From Bugula neritina (taxonomy: Eukaryota > Animalia > Bryozoa), in contig OZ037766.1 of assembly GCA_964035545.1 (NCBI GenBank), positions 7,182,722 to 7,246,721 of the forward strand: a DNA stretch of 64,000 bases, in the 5' to 3' direction. Position 1 is the first letter of the stretch. The number at the start of each line of letters is the position of its first letter. Below are positions 13,238 through 25,189 of the stretch, in pieces. The translations under genes and the position numbers were made by a program. The notes under the pieces are model-generated. The model was given only the letters and a program-made list of their open reading frames with translations. It did no database searches and was not told the origin of the DNA.

Positions 13238-14816
13238 ATTGAGACGCAATAACAAGTCAGGAGCGTATAAATTAAAAAGAATGTGGAAGGGGGACTATGT
13301 TTTTCAACAAGCTATAACTTAAACATGAATTGGCTTTTGAAAAAAATAAAAAAGTATATTGGAGAACATAAGTTTCTTTATCTTTTCATATTTTTTTTGT
13401 TCCTGTGACATTCAACCTGTTCGAGCTATCAGTGGAACATTGTTCATATAGAACATAAAGCACCTGGCAAAGAGCCAGAAAATGAAAAGTATGACCTTAA
13501 ACTAACTGTGTCCTTCCTGTGCTTGAAATTTGATATGCATGTGGGGCATTAAGCTTCATATAACAAATTTTATTGCAACTCAGCTCTTTATAGAACATCA
13601 TATCATATTATTTTTCATGCTTCACGTGCAGCTATTTTGCTTTTGCCATGTTTCATTTTACCTTCATGAATAAAATAGAGATTCCTTAGCAAATTCGAAT
13701 CTAAACCACACATAAAAGAAGCTATGAAGCATATGAGTAGCAGGGATTCTCAATCTTGACTGGGAATCAAAGGCACAAACTTCTTGTAATTTCTTTGAAT
13801 AACGCTATTGGATTATACTAAGCTATAAGATTCATATGCTTAAAACAATTTGATATTCAAGTGGCTTTGATACTCAGTACATTAGGTAATATTAATCTTA
13901 TCATAATTCAGTTGTTTGGGCAATTTAAAAACCAGTACACTGCATCAGTTTGTCTCTGTTGAAAGAATAAAAAATCTATTCTCTCAAGAAAACTTATCAA
14001 AACCTAACACCAATAATATAAGTCTATGCTTGCACATTATGAAACACTGGATCAGCATATTGTAAAAAGTTGGCTGCTGGTTTTATATAAATTACATGAA
14101 GTTATGGTAACCCAGTTGCACAGAGGCATTCCTGTTCTCACAAAAACTTTTTAGGGGATCTGTTGAATGTTATACAAAAAACAAAGTTTAATGAATAATT
14201 TCAAATGGTTCAATAATTATATTGTGGACATAGCTTTTTCCCTAAAAGCACTTATATGCTGTGAATAGCTTTTGACTTACTTCCAGAAACCGTAAGAAAT
14301 TAGGGGTGTTGTTGGTTGCTATTAGCGAGAAATTAGTAGCTATAACTGTTAGCATAATATAAATATTTTAAATTTATAATTAATTCTTATTTCCATCTAC
14401 AATCTACATATTATTATAATATTATCTACTAAGAGCTGCTAAGAGCGAAGTTTTGGGAAATAAACACCATTGTTCTCATTTCTTACAAATTTAATTTAAT
14501 GATAAGAAATTAGGCCTACACCATTACATGAAATTAGTGAGACAAGCAAAGCAAGGAATGGATGAAAACAAGGAAGGGATGATAACAAAAAAAGGATGCA
14601 ACAAAAATATATCAAACCTTATTTGTAGACTTGAGATGCAAATCTAAAAAAAACTTTTAATTATACACAGATATTACAACTCATTTTCATAACAAATTTT
14701 GAAAGTTCATGTTTTATAGAAGACAAATATTTAAATATTTCAACTATAGATAGTCAGGACTTTGAATGAGAATGTATGGAGTGAAATCTAAAACATATCT
14801 TATGTGATCAGTAAAA

Positions 14817-16409
14817 TTAAAGTAAACTTTTATATAGTGGGTTAATATCTAATTTGCATTCAGAACATGGAAACTCTTTAGTAAGGAATGGTTCATACCA
14901 AAAGTTAACTGCAAGGTTTCTCTTTTTGAAGTGATTGGGGTAGGATTGAACTTCATGCCACCAGAAGGCAGGCATAAATAAAACATCACCTTCCTCTATG
15001 GTACAGTTTAAAGGTAATGTATTTCGAAACTTGGGAAATCTTTTATAGTCTGGCTTTTTTATATCTAAGGGCGACATGACCATACTCGTACTTTCCAAAA
15101 GCTCTTTTCTCGTGAACTGAAATGTTCCCAAATCGACAGTAAATTGAGCTTCAGGTATATGAGTCTCATACAGCTGAGTATTATTGTGAGGCTCAAAAAG
15201 AATTAATTCCTTTTTGCCATCGATCATACACAAAAAGTTATCAAAAGGATCAAAATGCAACTTCCCTAATGTATTGCCATCACTCAACCAAATGTTTAAA
15301 TGCTTGAGATGAAGCTTATTTTTGACAAAGGGCATTTCCGCTAAATCTTGCTCCAACTCCGGAAAATATTGTCTTATAGAAGAATATTCTAAGTATGCTG
15401 AAATATTGGTTAGCACTCCTTCAGATATATTTTTCATTAGGTCCAGATATTGAGAAAATCTCATATTAACAGGAGCTGGACGAGGTACAACCAGATCTGG
15501 AAATTGAAGCTTTTTCTTGACGATGTGCGGAATTTTGAAAGATTCAGGTGGTTTCCACAAATCTGCTTTTTCTATACCTTCATAATCTGTAGATGGACTC
15601 AGTTTAATATGAACAGACATGTTACCATACTTCTTTTTTAAATATGCATTAGTCCAGAGGGTATTTGCTTTCCAGGCAGAGGCAACATTTTCAATTATAA
15701 CTGGCTTAGATAATTGTAAATAATTGGTGAAAAATTCATCCCATGAATTTACAGATACTTTTTCACAGGTTGGTAATAATGGTTTAGACTGTTCCTTTAC
15801 ACCAAATACTTGAACAGATTCTGCATGATTTGTCATTTGTTTTACAGAAAATAAGTTATCCAAGATATAGCTTCTATGAATACCCTGGCTGTTTAAATTA
15901 CCATTACTGCTTCTAAAGGTGTTACATATCGTATTAATCTCATTTACTGCATGGCTTACAGAAGTTTGATTGATAACAGCTGGAGGATGCGGACTTGTAG
16001 GCAATGGGCTCATTAAACATTCTCTATCTATTGCAGGCTTGTCATAGACAACAATGGAGCACTCTGAGCAAGGTATATCATTCCAAGAAGAAAAAAGCCA
16101 TGCAGTTTTTTCAATGTCATGTTGACTTTTTACAAATAATACAGCACCTTCATCAACAAATGCATTTTGAACATCCAATAACCATTGAGTGCATAATAAT
16201 TCATCATCACAATCCTTGACATCGGCAAGGTCACATGTGTATTTGTCTGATAAACCTGGCTTCACTCTTGGCACAACAAGGCATTTATTTAGATCAGAAT
16301 ATGTATCAGGTATGTAGAAATTGTTTTGGTGATGGCTTATAGATGCCTTGTGAACTACTAAATAAGACAGCAACAGTAGGCTCAGCTTTGTAGTTGAAGT
16401 GAAACCCAT
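14817..16409 (-). CDS. JmjC-domain Fe(II)/2-oxoglutarate oxygenase (FIH/JMJD5/JMJD7-like cupin), 530 aa, intronless CDS, predicted N-terminal signal peptide
   Basis: Uninterrupted ORF with KPVII..V...W, NIWL..G...GKLHFDPFDNFLC.IDGKKE..LF (HxD) and GDVLFMPAFWWHEV (distal His). Hydrophobic N-terminus KLSLLLLSYLVVHKAS. Acceptor-like TTATTTTAG 11 nt upstream of the ATG suggests a 5'-UTR intron. Confidence 0.92.
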   Translation of the reverse strand: MGFTSTTKLSLLLLSYLVVHKASISHHQNNFYIPDTYSDLNKCLVVPRVKPGLSDKYTCDLADVKDCDDELLCTQWLLDVQNAFVDEGAVLFVKSQHDIEKTAWLFSSWNDIPCSECSIVVYDKPAIDRECLMSPLPTSPHPPAVINQTSVSHAVNEINTICNTFRSSNGNLNSQGIHRSYILDNLFSVKQMTNHAESVQVFGVKEQSKPLLPTCEKVSVNSWDEFFTNYLQLSKPVIIENVASAWKANTLWTNAYLKKKYGNMSVHIKLSPSTDYEGIEKADLWKPPESFKIPHIVKKKLQFPDLVVPRPAPVNMRFSQYLDLMKNISEGVLTNISAYLEYSSIRQYFPELEQDLAEMPFVKNKLHLKHLNIWLSDGNTLGKLHFDPFDNFLCMIDGKKELILFEPHNNTQLYETHIPEAQFTVDLGTFQFTRKELLESTSMVMSPLDIKKPDYKRFPKFRNTLPLNCTIEEGDVLFMPAFWWHEVQSYPNHFKKRNLAVNFWYEPFLTKEFPCSECKLDINPLYKSLL

Positions 16410-16859
16410 GGTAGAGTAATCTAAAATAATAAATACATATAAGTAATTTACTAATTATTATATATATTCCTGAGCAAAATCTTTTGCAAGTTTGCCTAAA
16501 ATTCAATGGTGCAAATCTATGTAAAAAACTAAGTGTGACTACTATTTTAGAGTGTTTAAATTTTAAATCTTCCATCTGAAATAACAAACATTTTTTATAG
16601 AAGCAACTATAGACCTATATAATTGAGTAATAGTATCAAGGATGTAACCTAGTAAAAGCATTCACATGAAAAATGCACAGCCAAATGCTACATTATATAT
16701 TACTTTTATTGTAATATATTTAGAAAAATATTAGTATCAGTATGAAGTCATATATTTTAATATTAATTGTTCCTGACATAGCCATAATGATAACATGATA
16801 ATCTACCAATCAGTATCATTATCATTATCATCATGATTATCATAATAATAATCTTGTAA

Positions 16860-17700
16860 CTCATAGTTATTGTTAGTATTTAAACTCAACTATAACTATA
16901 AGAGTAACAGTATTACCCTTATAGTTGACGTTTGAACACTATCCTAATAGTAATACTAATTGTACTGCAACTTGAACTAGTATTACTATTACTATCAGTT
17001 AATGTTATACATTATGACTATGATTAACTTACAGTTATACTTATAGTTATAGTTATTAGCAGTTATGGTTATAGTAAATGTTATACTAATACTAATAGTA
17101 ATACTAATGCTAATAGTACATGTAACACTACTACTAATAGTACAACTATTACTAATAGTAATACTAATACTAATAGTAATGCTAATACTAATATTTAACC
17201 TTATAGTTATAAGTTGATGTTAATTGTTATACTAATAGTAAAGTAATAGTAATAGTTATAATAATATTAATACTAATAGTAATACTAATACTAATAGTAT
17301 TAAACAATAGTAAATGACTAAAACTAAAAGTAAATCAAAATCAAAATGTAATGGCTAATACTAATACTAATAGTAATACTAATAGTAATACGTACACTTT
17401 TACTTTCACGTTGACTTGAACATAAAGTTAATACTTAATAGTAATAGTAATACTAATAGTAATAGTAATAATAATACTATTACTGTATTAGTAATTATTA
17501 TTTTATACTAATAGTAATACTAATACTAATAGTAATAGTAATACTAATAGTAATACTTATACTAATACTCAGTAATACTAATACTAATAGTAATAGTAAT
17601 ACTAATACTTATACTAATGGTAATACTAATAGTAATACTAATAGTAATCGGAATAGTTTAAGTTACTAGTAATAGTTAAGTTATACTTATTCAATATTAT
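16860..17700. repeat. Low-complexity (TAATAG/TAATAC)n tract
   Basis: Runs such as ACTAATAGTAATACTAATACTAATAGT throughout. Confidence 0.85.
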
Positions 17701-17864
17701 AATCGCAAAAAAGAAAGTGATAAAACTCAGTCCAAATGAAAATTAAGCTAAAAGTTTAGCACTTAATTTATTTGCTGTAAAAAAAACATTTACAATCATT
17801 AGATTTAGAGTTGGCCATAAATTTAAATTATGTATAATTACATTGAATCAATGATATTAAGTGA

Positions 17865-18005
17865 AGTCTTTTCGAGTTCTTTCGAAAATCGCTAGAAACA
17901 GCGCGGAGTTTATAGCCGTCGAGTGCAGCAGTTCGGGTCTCAAGTTGTGGGATTCAGACAACAATTGTCTACGCAAACTCTGCACTTAATAACCTTCAAT
18001 TTGGT
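17865..18005. promoter_or_regulatory. Putative shared (bidirectional) promoter of the JmjC gene and SLC49A4-like copy 1
   Basis: Isolated CpG-rich patch (TTCGAAAATCGCTAGAAACAGCGCGGAGTTTATAGCCGTCGAG) between head-to-head genes. Inference. Confidence 0.4.
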
Positions 18006-19503
18006 ACTGCTTCTAGCAGTTGTCAATTTCTCAGTATCCCAGCCTCAAATCCATACTTGGTAGTCTGCACAATAATAGGTTTTATTTGACTAGAAAGTGG
18101 CTATGCTTGACAAAAATCATAACTGAAATGAGGAGCACAAGCTGTGAAGATGCATTATCGCAGACCAACTTACCAACTTTATTTTCTCCTGTGGGCTTTC
18201 CACAAAGGGTTAAAGTTTACCCTGGCTCTCTAAAGAAATTATGACCGTCACTATCACTATCATCTTCTGTATATATTTAAATTATTATTAATATTAGTAT
18301 TACTTTATAATGAGGGTTATAAAGCTTTTGAAACTATCTTATAGATAAGTTAAAATTGGCCAGCTCATCTTACACCTCTTACGAAGATCAAGATACATTA
18401 CTGATACTGATAGTGATAGTGATTATATTTAGTTTTACTTTTACTCATTACTGTCTATTGTACTGATTAGTGATTACTACTGAATTTGATTACATTTAGT
18501 TTTACTTTTACTTTTAGTTTTACTATAAAAAGTAAAAAGTAGTGTCTAACTCTAAGAGTAAGACTAATGAATTGTGAAATCAAAGATGTAACACTTAGTC
18601 TTACAGTTTACACTAACAGCAACAGTGACTCTAACTTCTAAGTGTAAGAATATCAGTAAGTAACTCAAACTGTAAGACTAAAACTAAAAGTAAGCCTAAG
18701 CCGAGTAAGAGTTATAGTAAATTTTAGTCTAACTCAAACTCAAAGACTTTTTAAAATTTATTCAGAAAATTAAATGAATATCAATATATCATAGTGATAG
18801 GGATTATAATCATTATAAAATTTTATTTTAAATGAATTATTTATTATTATTTTAATTAGTATTCACTGTGTTACTGTTATTCAATAAATTATTGTCTGCA
18901 CTCGAAGTGATCATATCACACTGGACCTCTCTAGAACCTAGAGGGAAGAAAAGGTGTGCCGCATAGTCATAGGCCTATGGCCTACTATGGGCAATACTAA
19001 TATTAATATTGAATATGTTAGGCAGTCAATGGAAAATACTCGCACTCATAGTATTAGTTAGTTAGGTAGTTAGTCAGTACTTGTTGAGCTGTAATAATTG
19101 AACAGAGACTTAATCCTGTTTTAGTAGAAATCTCTAAGTTTTGGTTTTCTAGTTAATTTTACTAAAGATTCATTTATAATAAAATTATTGCTATGTTTGC
19201 TATTTGATACTGGTTTTTAAGATGTTTACAGGTTTCAAGCTTGGAATTTCTTTGGTGTAAAATGATTCTTATATCAATATTTTAGTATATTAAATATATT
19301 TTTCAAGTTTTTGTAAAAATATTTTAAATGAGTTTTTTCAACTGTCAAATTTAGAAGTAACTCAGGCTGATATGATTTTATAATTGATTAAGTTATAGTC
19401 TTATAGACATGCTTGTAAGTTTATTAATGTGCTGCAGGGTAGCAGAATGTTTGATAGGATGTAAAGAAATTTCTTGGCACCTCATTGAGTTTCCCATACA
19501 GTG

Positions 19504-22500
19504 ATGGATAACGCCTCGGTCACCTCCAATCTGATCGTTTCAACTGATAGAGATTCTGATGATTTTTCTACAAACCGATATAACACTGTTGGTGATGAGC
19601 CAGTCTGTTTGCAATATCAATGCAAAGCGTACAAAAGGAGATGGTGGATATTACTTGTATTTTGTTTTGCTTCTCTGTGTCAAAGTCTGTTATGGAACAC
19701 CTGGTCACCACTTCTAGATTCTCTTCTCATCTCTTACCAGTGGACCAACTCATTTGTTGCTCTCATACAGGCTGTTTCGAATGCTGGATTCATTGTGTTT
19801 GCCTTCCCTCTCATGTATATTGTGGAAACAACAGGTTAGCTACAGTTCAAAGTTGTATAGAATTATATATAATCAGTTTAAAATAAAGAGTGACATATTC
19901 CGACTCAAATTGAAATACATATCAATATATGAAGCCTAGAGATCCTGTTAGTTTTATTCTTACTTACTTTACTGTGTCTGCTGGTTTAGTTTTGCATGAG
20001 TGAATCTTTCACCTAGGTAATTGTGTTTCTGTAGCAACAGTTTTAGTTGGTTTTTTGTACTTTCTGGTCAATATTCTTTTAATTAGAGTTACTGTCATGC
20101 ATGTATGAGACTATGAGTAGAGAACTAAACATGTTTAATATAATGTGTTTATGTTTGTTGTATATTAACGTGGCACACTTACATATTAATAGATTTAAGA
20201 CATGGGATGGTTATAGCTGCATCACTGCTGGTGTTCAACATGGCGTTATGGAATATTGCATTTCCTACGAATCAACATTGGTACTGTTTGAAACATTATA
20301 GCTCTTTTATGATATGACTTTCTTTTTTTCACTTGACAAAATGCAGAATGACAGTGGTGCTAATTTTCAGTAATACATGTTTCTAACTCTACTTTACTGC
20401 TAGAGGTTCAGAATAATTTTATGCTGTTAACCGTGCTTGTAATCTAAGTTCAGTGGTGTGTATTACTTTTGCAGGTTGGTTGTCATTGGTTCTGTATTGA
20501 ATGGCGTAACAGGTTGCATTACTTTGGCTGCCCCTTCTCTTCTCTCCGTTATTTGGTTTCCGATGTCTGAAAGAACTACAGCCACTGCCTTTGCTTCTTC
20601 TAGCTCATCCATAGGATCTGCAGTAGCTTTTCTAACAAGTAATCTACATATAAACCAAGTATTCAAGTAGAAACCAATATTAATAGGAACTTAGAGACTT
20701 GCTTATTTTACTTAGCATGGCATTTTCAAGATACGGCGGAGGCCAATGTCAAAATTTTTTTTTTCTTTATAAGCTGCTATCTGAGATATCATTTGGGAAA
20801 GTCGTTTTTAAAGTATCTCCTCATAATTTTCCCACTAATTTGCAATACATATTTCGGCAATAAACATTGGAATTTCTAAATTAGTAATTATCCCACCATG
20901 CAGGCACAACATAACATAACAAATTGCTAAAGTTAAGTTGTGGGTGTACCAGACATGTGCTAGCTGAGTCTTAGCCACTTCTAATAGAACGAATTTCAAT
21001 CCTCTCATTATCAAGAAAGTGCTTTGTGTACAAGCTCCTTGATTTTTTTTCAAGACGATGTTAATAAATTTACTATGTACTCTATATTCTATTTAGGTCC
21101 ATACATTACTGGTGCGAATGTGACGGCGAGTGAAGTGAAACATAGAGATCAATTGTCACCAGGTCAGAATATTGTAGATTAATAAACATAAATATTATTA
21201 CATTCTGTTTTAATGTCATTATATCGTATTTTGATGTTATCCTATTTCATTATTATAATCTGTTAATGTCCATCTTACTGTTTATGGGCTTCAGATTTTC
21301 TGGAGAAGTTGAAGATTGGAATCAGTAATATGGTGTACTTTGGTGAGTGGATATTACATCATGAGTTAGGAATTGTAAAACTTTATTGTGTATTGCAAAA
21401 TTAAAAATATTCCTTTTGAGGATTGCACAATTTGTAACAATATAAAATATTCAATTTCACACTCACAAATGCAAACACACTCACAAATGGCCATTGTAAA
21501 TATGCAGTTGCTTTGCCTACAGAGCACTGTGTAACTTATCAACTCACAATGACAATCGCTAACTCTAGAGTCTGAATATTTAACACATTTAGAGACTGGT
21601 GTTGTGGTTGTGTGCTTCGTCATGGTAGTTGTGTACTTTCCACCCAGGCCTCCCAGACCACCCAGTATCTCCCAGACTAAACACCGTGTCAACTTTTTCC
21701 AGGGGCTCAAAAGCATTTACAAGTAAGTGTTAGAAAATGCAAGAATATTCTCTGCTTTTCAGTTAATAATGTTGCTTTATGATCTCTTCCATAAATTCAT
21801 CTAACAATTCTGTTTTATAAACTTTTTGTACAGTAAACTTATGCAAGTTTTAAATTGAAGATAGGCCCTAAATAAAATCAGTTTAAGGTTGGAAACCATT
21901 AAATATTGATTCACGTGTGTATGTAAAAACTTTTGCAATTAGTCTCTCTATATTGGTCACCTTTCACCGGCGTGGTCCTGTGAGGGTGGCGGGAATTATT
22001 CTCTCTATATTGACTTCTAAAAAGGTCATAATAATTTTGTATACGCTATATGTTTTTCACTAGTTGCACTAAGTAGAAATAATTTTGATATCTTACAGCC
22101 TTATATGAAAATCAGCAAGTTTCATCTGTTGTAGAAATCTAAATTTTTGGCTGATGAATATAGCGTTCAACCTCCCCAATGGATCATTCAACTCCTGGCT
22201 CCCCCTATGCTCTATGAGCTTTAGATCACTGGGGGTTGGTGAAGTATGTAAACTCCTGGTGTATATCAATTTTTGTAGCCTCTTTCCCAATTTTGATGCA
22301 ACATCATCAATTTTTAATAAATGAAAGATATTTAACAATTTCCTATTATTTGTGGTAACACAGTTGTCTAAAATATTATTTATAAATAAATTAAATATGG
22401 TTTAGTTGTTGTGATTTTGTTATGTCTAACATTATGATAAGTTGTTTTAAAATGAATTCTCAGGTAAAATACTATAATATTATAATTTTGCTTTCCCAGG

Positions 22501-23763
22501 TGACTGCTGGGTGGATTGGTTTCTTCTCTCTTGTTGCCGGGATGGTCAGCTCAATAGTCGTGTCTGCAATAGCTGATAGAATGAAAAGACGACTCAAATT
22601 ATTTTGTGTAGTTTTATCTCTGCTTGCTCTAGGGGCGTTACTCTTGCTTGCCTGCATTCAAGGAGATTATATTTACATTCCTGGAAATTACTTCATTGGT
22701 GAGATAAATAGCAGTTGTGTCATACTGGAGAGTACAGGCTTTGTGTCTGCTTAATGAAGCCCACTATTTACATTGTAAATTTTAAACCGCTGTTTTATCT
22801 TTCAGCTCTAGAAGTAAAAATGTTACTCAAAGTTTTTGCGATACTAATTTTGGAAAGAAATTCACTCAGGGTGCAGAGTAAAACAATTCACTTAGTAGTA
22901 AATACTCCAAGTTCTTGATTTGAAATTTAGTTGAAGTAATGCTGTTGTTATTTTAACAAATGTATCTTTACTAGTGAAATACAAGACTTTTTATGACTCC
23001 GTAGGTGTTTTGTACACTCTGTGTATTGGTGCTTCGATGTTTATAAATGGATGTGTGCCGCTCTTCTATGAACTGGGGTGTGAAGCCACATTTCCTGTCC
23101 ACGAGGGCTTAACCAATACCGTTATCAATGTTGTTAACAACCTGGTTGGAATGCTGTTCTTTCTTCTGTTTCTTGTACCATCTTTGGCGTCAGGTATGTT
23201 TATTACATCAAAGTATAAAAATTAATAAATTGAAAAATAATCAATGTTCTACACTTTCAATGTGAAATGTGGCAGAGCATACCAAAAAAATCTACTTGAA
23301 CTGAATTTAAATTAGTTGACCGACAATTTTCGGACATTGAAAAGCTGTTTAGTTTTTTCGGAGTTCATTTATTCAAATCCAAATGATAAGTCAAATGTAA
23401 GCAATTATCACATTGTTGTAGAAACTTGTGTGGACTTTATAGCACAAGTGCTGTATAACACAAATACTGTATAGCATCTATTTGCTTTCAACATCTATTA
23501 GTAGTTGTCTTCTTTTTTGAAAAATAGCCACAAATAAAAACAATTCAAATAGTAAATAGACATTCAAGCTAAACAACTATTGTTACTAATGCAATCTGAT
23601 TTTTATGGTTGGGTTATAGTATATTGAGTGGCTTATTTTGTTAGATACAAGATGGATGACTTGGACATGTGTGGGTACGTGTGCACTTTCAATACCATTG
23701 CTAGTAACCATGAAGGACCGTTATCCAAGGTTGGAGTTAGAATTAGACATTGCTAGTAACTAA
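19504..23763 (+). CDS. SLC49A4: SLC49A4/DIRC2-like MFS transporter copy 1, ~480 aa; exons 19504-19834, 20193-20280, 20475-20638, 21097-21162, 21295-21342, 21593-21722, 22135-22243, 22500-22698, 23005-23193, 23645-23763
   Basis: In-frame GT-AG splicing (1443 nt). Motifs YKRRWWIL..F, Q...WNTW.P, LNG...APSLLS..WFP.SERTTATA, YFP.RPP.PPS and PLFYEL.CE.TFPVHEG match the SLC49 (FLVCR/DIRC2) family, closest to DIRC2 as I recall it. Confidence 0.9.
21956..21993 (-). mobile_element. Micro-retroposed insert (38 nt) with ~19-bp target-site duplication
   Basis: GTCACCTTTCACCGGCGTGGTCCTGTGAGGGTGGCGGG flanked by AATTAGTCTCTCTATATTG / AATTATTCTCTCTATATTG. Homologs at 63616 and 63983. Strand inferred from the repeated tail in the 63616 copy. 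Confidence 0.75.
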
Positions 23764-24757
23764 AAGTATCATCATTTATTTTTAGATCTGTTTGATTTTG
23801 TTTTTCGAAAAATATTTTATTTCTCATGTATGAAAGATCTGAAGTTTCAAATAACTTCTTCTAGATGTGTTTCGCTCCTATTTATGATACATGCTTATTT
23901 ATATCTATTGATTGAGCTTGTCTAGAGCTTTTTTATAAGTTTTAAACTTGTTTATGCTAAAGTTTGTACCAGTAACTGTCATATTTTTGAGTTAGTTTTC
24001 TTAACACCTAATCGTAAACAGCTATTTTTACATTTATTTATTTCATTCTGGTGCTTAAATCTCATTGGAAAAATTTTACTTCTGCAACGAACGCCCAACT
24101 TCTGTTTTTTCTTCTAACTCTAGCAGTCGCTACAAATTGTTATTGTTATATTATTTTCACTGTTGCTAATTTTCTTTTTTCACTATTATACTAGTCTGTT
24201 TTTAGTACAATCAATTTGGTTATGCATAGTTTATAGTGCCAAATATTTATTGCAGTATTTAATAAAGGCAATACGAGTATGATAATTCCTCCAAAACATT
24301 TGTTTCAAATTAAAGAAATAATGCTAATACTGTTTTTTATTTACTTTTTATGTGGTTTCTAAAACATAATGCAGCACATTTTAAAGTTTTAACCATGTTA
24401 ATGGAAATTGCACATAGATTATTAATATAATTATAGGAAAGTTATAAAATTATGTTATATGTGCAATAATGATGGCCTAGAATAGTATACTTATAGAAAA
24501 CGTAGTTTTACTTTCTATTGAAACATTTTAAATTCAATGACCACACCATATGTACCAATTGTAGTTGGTTGATTTGTTTATCTGTGCCGTCTACACAGAT
24601 ATATCTATAATCATATTTGTCTTATAGTCTCTATTCTTGTGAGAACCCCTGATGGTAATGGTTTATAATTTAGCTAAGGTCTGTGCCTTTCACTATGCTA
24701 GTAACATGTGTAATGGCTGTGGGAAGTATTGTCCCTCAATCCCTATGTAACTAACAC

Positions 24758-25189
24758 TGTAGTAGGAGACGCAGTATATTATATTTCGTTTGTAATAGTT
24801 CCAAGAGATGATAACTCTACATAGTGCGCCTAGGCTAACATTGTGAAAGGACACATCTCCATGCAGCACCGCACCACTCATTATGGTCACCACCGCCGGA
24901 ACCCCACCGGCCAATCAGATCAAACATTCCGCTTATAAGTAGCGCCTCCAGGCGCCCAGCCTCAGTCTCAGGATAACTATTTTATAGACTAGGATAATAC
25001 CGTGCAACTGTTTATGTGTATTCTTTTGTAATTGCTGGTATCTTTACTTTTGTATAATTAGACATAAAACATAGACATTCTTTCAATGCTACTCTACTTC
25101 GGTTCTCTCTCGCAAACCTCGTAGCTAGGTTATGAGCCAGTAATTCAGCATACAATAAAACCCCACTGATAGTAGTTCACAAAACGACA
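24758..25189 (+). mobile_element. Solo LTR (432 bp), probably Ty3/Gypsy-type
   Basis: TGTAGT...ACGACA termini with a 4-bp ACAC TSD (24754-24757, 25190-25193). Internal CCAAT (24911), TATA-like CTTATAAG (24933) and AATAAA (25154). More GC-rich than its flanks. Confidence 0.78.
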
